Source of the DNA: Deltaproteobacteria bacterium
GTDB taxonomy: Bacteria; Myxococcota_A; UBA9160; UBA4427
Direction: 5' to 3'
NCBI GenBank assembly: GCA_029261855.1
Contig: JAJDAN010000038.1
Location: forward strand, 28,051-92,050
DNA: 64,000 nucleotides
The notes below the pieces were generated by a model. It was not told the DNA's origin and made no database searches. It was given only the letters and a program-made list of their open reading frames with translations. The stretch's first letter is position 1. Every line of letters begins with the position of its first letter. Shown here in pieces: positions 55,782-64,000 of the stretch. The position numbers were made by a program, and so were the translations under genes.

Positions 55782-58700
55782 CCCGTCTGGCGTTTCCGCA
55801 GCTGGGCACGGACTTTGTTGCGCAGGAGGGTCTGCCGCTTCGCGTCCAGGAGACCCGGGGGCAGGCCGTCGATCGCGACGATCGCGGCGCTCAGGGCGCG
55901 CGTGTGAGCGGGACTCGCGTCGTTCTTTCGAAGTAGCTCGTTGATCGACGAGGCGACCCCGCGTTCGAAGCCGGCTGCCGCCGCGGCGCGAGCACGCAGC
56001 ACGAGGTCGTTGCCGGAGCCACCCGTCGCCAGGATGCCGTCCAGCAGCTGCAGTGCCACGAGCGCGTTCTCCTTTCCGCCCTCTGCCAGCCGCCAGCGTG
56101 CGCGCAGGCGACCGGCCTCCGCAAACGCCGGGTCGTGAGCGTGAACCGCGGCGAGGCTGGCATCCCGTTCGCGCAGGGCGGTCCAGTCCGATGCGTTCGC
56201 GAGCTGCCAGGCTTCGAGCAAGAGCCGGGCATACGGGATGGGTTCTACGTCGAACGCGTCGTCGACATTGCCGGTAGGCGAGAAGCCGAGCAGTGCGATC
56301 TGGGCTTCGCCGTTGCGCGGGTCGTCCGCCAGCGCCCGGCGGTAGGCGCTCGCCGCCGCCTGCGCGTCGCCCCGACGTTGGGCCATCAGCCCGAGCGCGA
56401 CGTTTCGTTCGACCGGATCGCTGGCGGCTTCGGCGAGTCGCCTGGCGCGTCCGGTGTGCCCGCTCGCGAGCGCACGCCGGATCAGGTACGCGCGGTCCCA
56501 AGCCAAGGCGTCGCGCACCAGGGGGTCGAGAGGTGCGAACAGCGGGTCGGGATCCAGCCGCCCGACGCTGCGGACGACCCGGGGCGATCGCATCTGGAGC
56601 AGGTTGCGATCGTCGGTGCTCACGGGTGCGCCCGCTGCGAAGACACGGGCGGCTTCCTCGTCGAGCATCATGTGAACCACGATGTCCGCGCCGCCGTAGA
56701 TTCCGAACTCGGCCGCCTCGTCGGGCGCGAGGCGGATTGCTTCGGACGCCAGGCGCTCGGGCTCGAAGGGTGCGGCGGAGGCGGAGAAGAGCAGACCTCC
56801 GGGTGCCGGCTGATACACGCGGACGTAGGGGAAGACGTCCTGCAAGGTCGCGACGAGAGTCCGCAGCAGGTCCTCGTCGATGAAGCCCAGACCCATCCAC
56901 TGCACGAACACGCCGTCCTCGGCGAGGTGGTTCTTGACCAACTCGAAGAATTCCCGCGTGTAGAGATGCGAAGCGGAACCCGTCCAGGGATGGGACGGCT
57001 GCGAGACGATGGTGTCGTAGCGTTCGTCGGTGAGCAGCAGAGCGCTGCGTGCGTCATTGACGATCAGCTCCAGCCGTGGGTCGGCGAGCGGGTCTTCGCG
57101 TCGCTCGCTCGCGATGACCTCGTTGGCGCGAATCACCAGCGGCTCGATCTCGACGACGTCGATCTTCTCGAACAAAGGCGGAACGGCCTCGACGACGAGT
57201 CCTCCCCCGAGACCGATCACGAGCATGGACTTCGCTTCCGGGCGTCCCCAGCTCGCCAGCTGCGCGAGCCAGAGGCCGATGACGTAGCGCCCGACCCGTA
57301 CCCCCGGTCCATTGATGACGGCTTCCGGCAGGCCGTTCGAGCTGAGCGCGAAGCCGTTCGGGGCGCGCTGCACCATGACGGTGGCCCCACGACCCACGCC
57401 GAAGTACACGATGGGCGCCTGCCTCACGCGTGTCGACAGGGCGCCGGTGCGAAGCAACTGCCAGGGCGGCTCCGGGCGCACTCCCGCGATCGCGACGCAG
57501 ACGGCGACGGCGGCGACTGCGGCTGCCGTGGACCTCGGCCGCGCCCGCAAGGCGGTCGCGGCCGCCAGGGCCGCATTGGTCGAGACGGCGATGACGATCG
57601 TCCATGTGAAGCCGACGGCGGGGATCAGGAAGAAGCCCGCGCCGACCGCTCCCGCGATCGCGCCGACCGTATTCCACGCGTAGACCCGGGCACTGGCGGG
57701 CCCCGCTTCTTCCCGCGAGCGCGCGAGCACGCGCACGGCGAGCGGGAAGGTGGCGCCGATGCACAGCGCACCCGGCAGCAGGATCGCCGCGCTGATCCCG
57801 GCGTCGAGCAGGAGGCGCGCGTCGCCGCGCACGGCGCTCGACGCGACCCAGCCCGGTGTCGAATCGATGGCGACGTAGGCGGCGAGGGAGAGCAGTCCCG
57901 TTCCGATCTGCACCCAGGCGAACGCAGTCGTCGCGGTGCGCCGGTCCGCGACAAGGCGCCCGGAAGCCAGGGCCGATCCGAGTGCGATGCCCAACAGGAA
58001 GGTCGCAAGCATGGTGGCGAACGCGTACACGCTGCCGCCGAGGACGTGACCGAGCAGTCGGGTCCAGAAGACCTCGTAGGTGAACGACACGGCGCCCGAG
58101 ATCGCGATCAGAGGGAGGATCCAGCGGTTCGGCGCGCGCGGGTCGGGAGTCGCCCGTTGCACGGGTGTCGGCTCCACGGCGGGAGCGCGCAGCGCGAGCG
58201 CGGCGGCGGCCGCGAAGACCAGGCCGTTCGCACACACCGCGACCCAGATCGTCAGCGACAGGCCGAGCGCGGGAAGCAGGACGAAGCCCGTGAGGACGGT
58301 GCCGACGACGGCCCCTGCCGTGTTGGTGGCATAGAGCTGCGCGACGCGGCTTCCGATCTCTTCCTCGCGGCGGACGGCGTGGCGCGCCAGGAGCGGCAGG
58401 GTCGCCCCCATCAGGGAGGTGGGTACCAGGAGGATCACGAACGAGCAGACGAGGTAGAAGAGCGCGGTCAGCAGCCCGCCCTCGTCCGCCGGTGCGTTCT
58501 GCGCGCCGAAGATCGCGATGTAGAGCGAGGTCGCCGCGCCCACGCCCAGGGGCACCGCGAGCGCGGTCAGACCGATGGCGAGCTCGAGCAGTCCGTACAC
58601 CCAGATCGGTCGCTGGATGCGTGGGGCGATGCGGCCGATCACCGCCGCGCCCAGGGCGAGCCCGCCCATGTATGCGGCCAGCACACTTGCGACGGCGAGC

Positions 58701-58840
58701 TCGGAGGTGCCGAAGACGAACGCGAACTGACGCGTCCAGGCGGTCTGGTAGATCAGCGCCGCGAGGCCGGAAAGGAAGAAGCAGAGGAGGAGGAGCCCGA
58801 AGTACCTGCCCGGCCGGGCAGGTGAGGCGTCAGGAGGCAC
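55778..58840 (-). CDS. fused polytopic membrane domain / spermidine-synthase-like domain / C-terminal TPR domain
   Basis: 1020 aa. N-terminal ~490 aa has ~12 TM (LSGLAALIYQTAWTRQF...). Class I MTase-fold SpeE-like core: MLVIGLGGGL at 57197-57226, VVEIEP, NDARS, DTIVSQPSHPW at 56984-57016. C-terminal ~250 aa is helical and TPR-like. Confidence 0.8.
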   Translation of the reverse strand: MPPDASPARPGRYFGLLLLCFFLSGLAALIYQTAWTRQFAFVFGTSELAVASVLAAYMGGLALGAAVIGRIAPRIQRPIWVYGLLELAIGLTALAVPLGVGAATSLYIAIFGAQNAPADEGGLLTALFYLVCSFVILLVPTSLMGATLPLLARHAVRREEEIGSRVAQLYATNTAGAVVGTVLTGFVLLPALGLSLTIWVAVCANGLVFAAAAALALRAPAVEPTPVQRATPDPRAPNRWILPLIAISGAVSFTYEVFWTRLLGHVLGGSVYAFATMLATFLLGIALGSALASGRLVADRRTATTAFAWVQIGTGLLSLAAYVAIDSTPGWVASSAVRGDARLLLDAGISAAILLPGALCIGATFPLAVRVLARSREEAGPASARVYAWNTVGAIAGAVGAGFFLIPAVGFTWTIVIAVSTNAALAAATALRARPRSTAAAVAAVAVCVAIAGVRPEPPWQLLRTGALSTRVRQAPIVYFGVGRGATVMVQRAPNGFALSSNGLPEAVINGPGVRVGRYVIGLWLAQLASWGRPEAKSMLVIGLGGGLVVEAVPPLFEKIDVVEIEPLVIRANEVIASERREDPLADPRLELIVNDARSALLLTDERYDTIVSQPSHPWTGSASHLYTREFFELVKNHLAEDGVFVQWMGLGFIDEDLLRTLVATLQDVFPYVRVYQPAPGGLLFSASAAPFEPERLASEAIRLAPDEAAEFGIYGGADIVVHMMLDEEAARVFAAGAPVSTDDRNLLQMRSPRVVRSVGRLDPDPLFAPLDPLVRDALAWDRAYLIRRALASGHTGRARRLAEAASDPVERNVALGLMAQRRGDAQAAASAYRRALADDPRNGEAQIALLGFSPTGNVDDAFDVEPIPYARLLLEAWQLANASDWTALRERDASLAAVHAHDPAFAEAGRLRARWRLAEGGKENALVALQLLDGILATGGSGNDLVLRARAAAAAGFERGVASSINELLRKNDASPAHTRALSAAIVAIDGLPPGLLDAKRQTLLRNKVRAQLRKRQTG

Positions 58841-61082
58841 CGGCGCCGCGTCTCCCCTCGAGGGCTTGTCTGGCGTGGTCGGCTTCGGGGAAGGTGGTGC
58901 TGATCGAGAGCGCCTTTTCCAGGGCCTTCGTCGCTTCTTCGTCCCGGTCGAGGGCCTGGAGCGCCATTCCCATGACGAAGTACACGCTCGGGTTTCCCTG
59001 GTCGCTCTCGAGCGTCTGCTCGAGGGTGGCGACCGCTTCGGCGTCTCGTCCGCTCATGTGATAGAGGCGACCCAGCAGCAAACGCCGCTCGTCGCTCAGT
59101 GCGCCGGCATGTGCGGCGGCTTCGGTCGCGGCCAGGGCCTCGGTGAGCTCTCCCTTGCGCAGATGCAGCGCGACCAGCAGCTCGAGTGCTCCGCGCAGAC
59201 GGGGTTGCAGCTCGAACGCCGCGCGCGCGTCCTCGAGCGTGTTCTCCTCCCGTCCCATGTCGGCGTTCGTCCGGGCCCGCAGCAGACGGATCGGTGCGGG
59301 AGTCTCGTCCTTCATGAGGCCGACGACGCGGTCGAGTCGCGCGAGTGCCAGCTCCCCGAGGCCATCCTCCAGGTCGAGACGGGTGAGCTGGACGAGGATC
59401 TCCCAGTTTCGCGGCTCGCGACGCGACAGCAGATCGAGTTCGCGTTTCGCGAGCTTGCGCGCTTCGGCGTCGCTTCCCTCGCGTCGCAGATACTCGAGCA
59501 CCGCATCCGCTGATTCGATGCGTCTCGCGATCAGCTCTTTCAGCAATTGGCGGCCGCGTTCGACGTGGCCGAGCTCGTAGCGGCAGCGCGCCATCAAGAG
59601 CTGGTCCTTCGGCATCAACCCTGCGCGTTCCTCGAGGGCAGTCAGGCTCTGGAGTGCGGCCGGCCAGTCGCCGCTCTCGGTGAGCAGCTCCGCCCGCATG
59701 CGATGCGCTTCGATGAAGAAGACCGGCTGCGCCTCGATCGCTCGATCCAGCGCCGCCTGTGCGGCTTCCCGGTTGCCGAGCGCTCGCTCGGCGCGCGCGA
59801 GCAGGAGCAAGGCGTCGGGATCCGCGTGGAGCTCGGTCGTCGCTCGTAGGCTCGCGACGGCCTTGCGCATGCGTCCGCTGCGGATGTCGAGCTGAGCCCG
59901 GCCGAGAATCGTCCGAGGGTGGTCGCGGTGCTCCTTCTCGAGGGCCTGGATGGTCCGCTCGGCGTCCTCGATCCGGCGGGCCGCGATCTGCGTACTCGCC
60001 ACCGCGCTCTTCAGCACCGCGGGATCGATACCCTCGGCCGCCTTCTTGTCGAGATAGGCGAGCGCCTCGTCGAGCTTCCACTGGGACACCAGGAAACGCG
60101 CGTACTCGATGTGCGCCTTCGGATCGTCCGGCCTGGCGGCGACGAGCTCGGCCCAGGTTTCCTGGGGATCCTTGCGCAGGCGGGCGCGCGTCTCGGCCAG
60201 CTCACGCCACGAGCTGTAGTCCCGGGGTTCGCTCTCTACCAGGATCTCGAGGGCGTGCTCCTGCAGCTCCCAGTTTCGGACCGATCGGGCAAAGGTGAGC
60301 GCACGCGCGGCTCCGTGCTGCAGGTCGCGAACGCTGCCCTTCTGGCGCGCGTTCTCGAGTGCGATCTTGAACTGCATGGCCGCCTGCGGGTTGTTCCCTT
60401 CCCACGCAGCCATGATCCGGGCTTCTTCGATCTGGGCGTTCCAAGGGCTGTCGCCGCCCTTCTTGATGTATCGCTCGAGTGAGGCGAGGGCGCTCTGATA
60501 CACCGAGTCCTCGACCGGCTCGCCGGTCACCTGCCCTTCTCGGATCATCGCTTGCAGCGCATAGCCGAGCTGGAAGTCGGCCCGGGGATCGTCCGGCGCC
60601 ACTTCCATGGCCTTGCGTGCCGCGAGAACCGCCGCACGCGTTCGCCCGCGGACCAGGGCGAGATTCGAACGCCCGATGTAACCGAGGGCGTTCTCCGGAT
60701 CCCGGTGGATGACGCCCTCGATCAGGGCCTCGGCCTGGTCCGTGTCGTGACTCTCGAGCATCGACGCCAGGTTCAGCGCCGCCACGCTGTTCGTGGGGTC
60801 GAGGTCGTACGCCTCCTGCATGTGGATCAGCGCCGCCGGCGTATTCCCCGCCTTCAGCTCGAGGACCGCCAACTCGTTGTTGGCCTCGACGTTCTGCGGG
60901 TCGAAGCGCAGGGCACTCTGGAACTCGAGCTTTGCCTCGACGCTGCGACCCTCGGCCAGGTGGGCGCGGCCCACGGACAAGTGGTCGAGCGCGCGGTCCT
61001 CACTGGAGGAGCAGGCAACGGCGAGGACCAGGATGCCGATCGTCGCGGCAACCCGGACCGGGAGGAGGGATCCCGTTTCCAT
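58830..61082 (-). CDS. large TPR-repeat protein with signal peptide (probable lipoprotein)
   Basis: 750 aa. Signal ...IGILVLAVAC-SSS, then TPR-like A/L/Y-patterned repeats throughout. Its 3' end overlaps the next start by 11 nt. Confidence 0.8.
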   Translation of the reverse strand: METGSLLPVRVAATIGILVLAVACSSSEDRALDHLSVGRAHLAEGRSVEAKLEFQSALRFDPQNVEANNELAVLELKAGNTPAALIHMQEAYDLDPTNSVAALNLASMLESHDTDQAEALIEGVIHRDPENALGYIGRSNLALVRGRTRAAVLAARKAMEVAPDDPRADFQLGYALQAMIREGQVTGEPVEDSVYQSALASLERYIKKGGDSPWNAQIEEARIMAAWEGNNPQAAMQFKIALENARQKGSVRDLQHGAARALTFARSVRNWELQEHALEILVESEPRDYSSWRELAETRARLRKDPQETWAELVAARPDDPKAHIEYARFLVSQWKLDEALAYLDKKAAEGIDPAVLKSAVASTQIAARRIEDAERTIQALEKEHRDHPRTILGRAQLDIRSGRMRKAVASLRATTELHADPDALLLLARAERALGNREAAQAALDRAIEAQPVFFIEAHRMRAELLTESGDWPAALQSLTALEERAGLMPKDQLLMARCRYELGHVERGRQLLKELIARRIESADAVLEYLRREGSDAEARKLAKRELDLLSRREPRNWEILVQLTRLDLEDGLGELALARLDRVVGLMKDETPAPIRLLRARTNADMGREENTLEDARAAFELQPRLRGALELLVALHLRKGELTEALAATEAAAHAGALSDERRLLLGRLYHMSGRDAEAVATLEQTLESDQGNPSVYFVMGMALQALDRDEEATKALEKALSISTTFPEADHARQALEGRRGAGAS

Positions 61083-61091
61083 GGTCGTGGC

Positions 61092-63491
61092 TCAGTTGCT
61101 CTCGAGGCGGGCCAGCTCTGCCCGGGCCTGCTGCAGCTCGGGAAAGGACTCGTCCTCGAGCGCCTTGGCGAGATTGACGCGGGCGGACGCGGCGTCGCCG
61201 GCCTGGCTCTGAGCCATGGCCAGGCGGTACCGCACCGACGGCGAATCGGGGTCGGCTTCGAGCGATGCTTCGAAGGACTCGACCGCCTCCGTCGCGTCGC
61301 CGCGCTTCAGCTGTACGAAGCCGAGGGTGTCGAGGGTCTCGGCCCGGCGATCGAGCTGGACGGCGCGCTTCGCGAGGCGCATGGCTTGATCGAGGTCCCG
61401 ATCGTTCTCTGCGAGATGCCAGGCGAGATCGTTGACGGCCGCGACGTGCCCGGGCGCCAGGCTCACGACCTTCCGGAGCCGATCGATGGCGTCGTCCGCG
61501 CTTCCCATGCGCAGCGAGACACTGGCGGCGCGATAGGCGTAGTCGGCGTTCTCGCCGTCTGTCGCGGCGGCGCGGTCATAGAGGGCGAGCGCTTCTTCGA
61601 GACGCCCTGCCTGCTCGGCGTAGACCGCCTTGACCTCGAGTGCGGGACCGAAATCCGGGCTGGCGGCGAGCGCCTTCTCGACGGCAGCCTGTGCTTCGGC
61701 GTCGCGGCCGGTTCGCGCGAGCAGACGTGCGCGGATGTCGAGGAGTCGCGGGTTGGTCGGATGCTTTGCCAGGGCCTTGTCGACCCGGGTGAGTGCTTCG
61801 TCCTGTCGGCCGAGGCTGATGAGATCGAGGGTGAGCGACGTCAGCGCCATCGCGTTCGCCTCGTCCTCGAGGTCGAGGTCGCTCTTCTCGATGACGGCGA
61901 CGGCCGCTTCGACGCCGTCCTTCTTGCGGACGACCGCCGCATTCTCGACGGCCACCACGTTCCGCATTTCTTCCCGCGTGTTCAGATTGCGCAGGATGCT
62001 CTCCGCCTTCTGCCACTGCTCGAGTTCGGCGGCGGAGCGGACGGCGATGACGTGTGCGTCCTCGCTGGTGAAGGGGCGCTTGCCAATGTGCCTCTCGGCG
62101 AACTGCAGCGCCGCGGGATAGCGGCCCAGCGAGTAGTAGATGCGCGCCATGGCGAGCGCAGCGTCCGTGGCCTCGGCATCGACGCGTGTGGCCTCGCGGT
62201 ACTCCGCGAGAGCCCGCTGCAGATCACCGAGCTGCAACGCGGCCTGCCCCGCGACGTAGCGAGCGCCGGCGTTGTTCGGCCACAGGCGCAAACCCGACTC
62301 GAGGAAGCCCAGCGCGGCTTCGGGCTCGCCTTCGGCGAGCTTGACGCTACCCCGAATGAGGGCCCGATAACTCGGTTCTTCCATGGTGCCGGCGATCTCT
62401 TCGGCGCGCGCGTAGTCGCCCTCGGAGATCAGCATGTCCGCGAGTGCGAAGCGAAGTGCCGGCGGCTCCTTGTGAGACTTCTCGAGGGCCTTCTCGAGGG
62501 CCAGTCGCCCTTCCTTCAGGTTGCCTTCGCTGCGGTAGAAGGCCGAGAGCAGTTGCCAGGCCTGGCTCGTGTCGAAGAGCTCGGCGGTCTCCTTGTAGAC
62601 CGCCTCGGCCTCGGTCTTCTTGCCCGACTCGGCGAGAACGCTGCCGAGCTTCGCGCGGAGCGCGATGTCCTCGGGCGATCGTTCGACCGCCTTGCGCCAC
62701 ATGTCGATGGACTTCTCGGGTTGGCCGATCGCACGGAAGTAGTCGGAGGCGTATTGCTGGACCATGGCATGCGTCGGGTAGGCGTCGACGCACTCGAGGA
62801 TGGTTGCGGTGGCTTTCTCCGGATTCTCGCGACTCGCGTAGAAGCGTCCGAGCACCGCACAGGCACGCGCAGCCGTGTCGTCGTCGCCCGCTGCTTCGGC
62901 GGCTTGCTTGAGGCTGACCTGTACGGCTTCGGCTTCGTCGAAGCGCTCGAGATCGATCAGGGCGGCGACCCGCAGGGTCGACCCCATGAAGTCATCGGGT
63001 CGCAGCTCGGCGATCCGGTTCGCGTCGACCAACGCGTCTTCCGGCGCGCCTGCCGAGATGTTCGCGCGGGCTCGGGTGTACAGCGCGGCAACGCGGTCGG
63101 GGTCGGCGGAAAGGACCTGATCGGTCGCGCGGATCGCTTCTTCGTACGACTCCGTCGACAGCAGCGTGCTGGCCAGGAGGAGCCCTGCCTGGATGTTGAA
63201 GTCACCGGATTGGGCCGCCTTCTGCAGAGGCCAGACGGCCAGGCTCGGCCGGCCGGTCTGAACGAGGGCGACCCCGAGGCGATAGTTGGCTTCCGGGTGG
63301 TCGGCTTCGGCGGTCAAGAAGACTCGCAGCGGGGCGATCGATTCCTCGAACTGTCCGGCGGTCTGCAGAGCGCGGATCTCGGCGAGTCGGGAGTCCCGGT
63401 CGTATTGGCACGCGGTCGAGCCGGCAAGCAGGAGCGCGGCTGCGAGGATCATCGCCGTCGAGCGCAGGGGGCGGGGGTGCAAACGGTGCAT
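61092..63491 (-). CDS. large TPR-repeat protein with signal peptide (probable lipoprotein)
   Basis: 799 aa; ATG 63452 is an alternative start. Signal MILAAALLLAGSTAC, then TPR repeats throughout. A 9-nt gap separates it from the next gene. Confidence 0.8.
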   Translation of the reverse strand: MHRLHPRPLRSTAMILAAALLLAGSTACQYDRDSRLAEIRALQTAGQFEESIAPLRVFLTAEADHPEANYRLGVALVQTGRPSLAVWPLQKAAQSGDFNIQAGLLLASTLLSTESYEEAIRATDQVLSADPDRVAALYTRARANISAGAPEDALVDANRIAELRPDDFMGSTLRVAALIDLERFDEAEAVQVSLKQAAEAAGDDDTAARACAVLGRFYASRENPEKATATILECVDAYPTHAMVQQYASDYFRAIGQPEKSIDMWRKAVERSPEDIALRAKLGSVLAESGKKTEAEAVYKETAELFDTSQAWQLLSAFYRSEGNLKEGRLALEKALEKSHKEPPALRFALADMLISEGDYARAEEIAGTMEEPSYRALIRGSVKLAEGEPEAALGFLESGLRLWPNNAGARYVAGQAALQLGDLQRALAEYREATRVDAEATDAALAMARIYYSLGRYPAALQFAERHIGKRPFTSEDAHVIAVRSAAELEQWQKAESILRNLNTREEMRNVVAVENAAVVRKKDGVEAAVAVIEKSDLDLEDEANAMALTSLTLDLISLGRQDEALTRVDKALAKHPTNPRLLDIRARLLARTGRDAEAQAAVEKALAASPDFGPALEVKAVYAEQAGRLEEALALYDRAAATDGENADYAYRAASVSLRMGSADDAIDRLRKVVSLAPGHVAAVNDLAWHLAENDRDLDQAMRLAKRAVQLDRRAETLDTLGFVQLKRGDATEAVESFEASLEADPDSPSVRYRLAMAQSQAGDAASARVNLAKALEDESFPELQQARAELARLESN

Positions 63492-63911
63492 CGGGCGGGA
63501 AGTCCTCCAGAAATCGAACGACGGAGCTTAGGGGGCGGCGTTCTGCCTTCCAACAAATTCCGTTTTGCGTGCGCCACCGGCCTTCGGTGTCCACGTGAGT
63601 GCCCCGGCCGGTGATAAGGTGAGGTCTCCAGCACACCCCGGAGGTCGTCGCACCCGAGAATGAAGGTGACTTCCCCCGCGGGTGGCGCAACCAGACCCAG
63701 GACGCGCCTGCCCCTCGGGGAGACTCCGAAGAGACTGGTTCAACTTGAGAGGCCGCTGCTCGTGCGCTGGTTCACGTGCGGTTCGAGTGGCCGGGGTGCT
63801 CTACGGGAACGGGACCGAGATTTGGGAACGCGTTCGCTGAGAGTCGAGACGCTACACTAACCGGCCGATTCGGCAGCCGAATCCGGCAGCGACGCGAACG
63901 ACAGGGCGAGG

Positions 63912-64000
63912 ATGACCGAGGCGGGCAGCGACACGCGGGGTTGGCTCTTTGGCTCGGGCGTCGACCTGGTGCTGGGCTGCGGCGTCGGCTCGATGGCCCT
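63912..64000 (+). CDS. hypothetical protein, N-terminal fragment running off the window edge
   Basis: ATG 63912 preceded by GGGCGAGG. MTEAGSDTRGWLFGSGVDLVLGCGVGSMA..., with G/C-rich third positions. Only 29 codons are visible. Confidence 0.25.
   Translation, partial: MTEAGSDTRGWLFGSGVDLVLGCGVGSMA

Noticed and set aside
56135-58825. 896-aa plus-strand ORF
   Set aside because: Antisense to the fused membrane/SpeE-like/TPR gene, with Arg/Gly/Asp/Glu-rich junk composition.
63538-63553. Sigma-54-like -24/-12 element (TGGAAGGCAGAACGC on the minus strand) upstream of the TPR operon
   Set aside because: Only the GG and GC dinucleotides at the correct spacing match. The flanking consensus (TGGCAC / TTGCW) is not met.
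60552-63614. 1020-aa plus-strand ORF
   Set aside because: Antisense to the two TPR genes, with no motifs and low-complexity composition.
63660-63860. 66-aa ORF in the 420-bp gap
   Set aside because: Arg/Gly-rich, with no Shine-Dalgarno and no recognisable family. Treated as non-coding.

Overview
This is a very GC-rich bacterial chromosomal segment. Third-codon-position G/C bias is so strong that nearly every real gene is shadowed by long Arg/Ala/Gly/Pro-rich antisense or off-frame ORFs. I separated real from spurious ORFs by eye, using recognisable family motifs, transmembrane (TM) hydrophobic patterning, and start/stop junctions counted by hand. No search or computation was run, and family names are motif recollection only. 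I see no rRNA, tRNA, CRISPR array, transposase, integrase or prophage signal. Positions 1 to about 26.9 kb carry ordinary housekeeping and metabolic genes: mmuM, a GH36/HAD fusion, an FAD oxidase, mutS2, murQ, gcdH, a phasin, ndh, a fabH-dedA-ClC operon, hflX, glmU-glmS, pcrA/uvrD, a methyltransferase and nhaA. From about 26.9 kb to 63.5 kb the window is one large envelope-glycosylation region in a few tightly packed, often translationally coupled operons. It holds about eight GT-C-type polytopic glycosyltransferase-like proteins, including an archaeal AglB/STT3-like oligosaccharyltransferase homologue whose WWDYG sequon-binding motif is degenerate. It also holds three polyprenyl-phosphate-sugar-synthase-like GT2s, two further GT2s, a GT4, a flippase-like UPF0104 protein and a sugar dehydrogenase/aminotransferase pair. 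The remaining members are a SAM methyltransferase, a sulfatase-fold lipoprotein with a Thr/His variant active-site motif, DUF3604 and VOC proteins, and an operon of a fused membrane/spermidine-synthase-like/TPR protein with two giant TPR lipoproteins. No initiating phosphoglycosyltransferase, Wzx/Wzy/Wzz, ABC exporter or O-antigen ligase is visible. That combination is the most likely candidate for an undescribed system. Start codons are the least certain part of every call.
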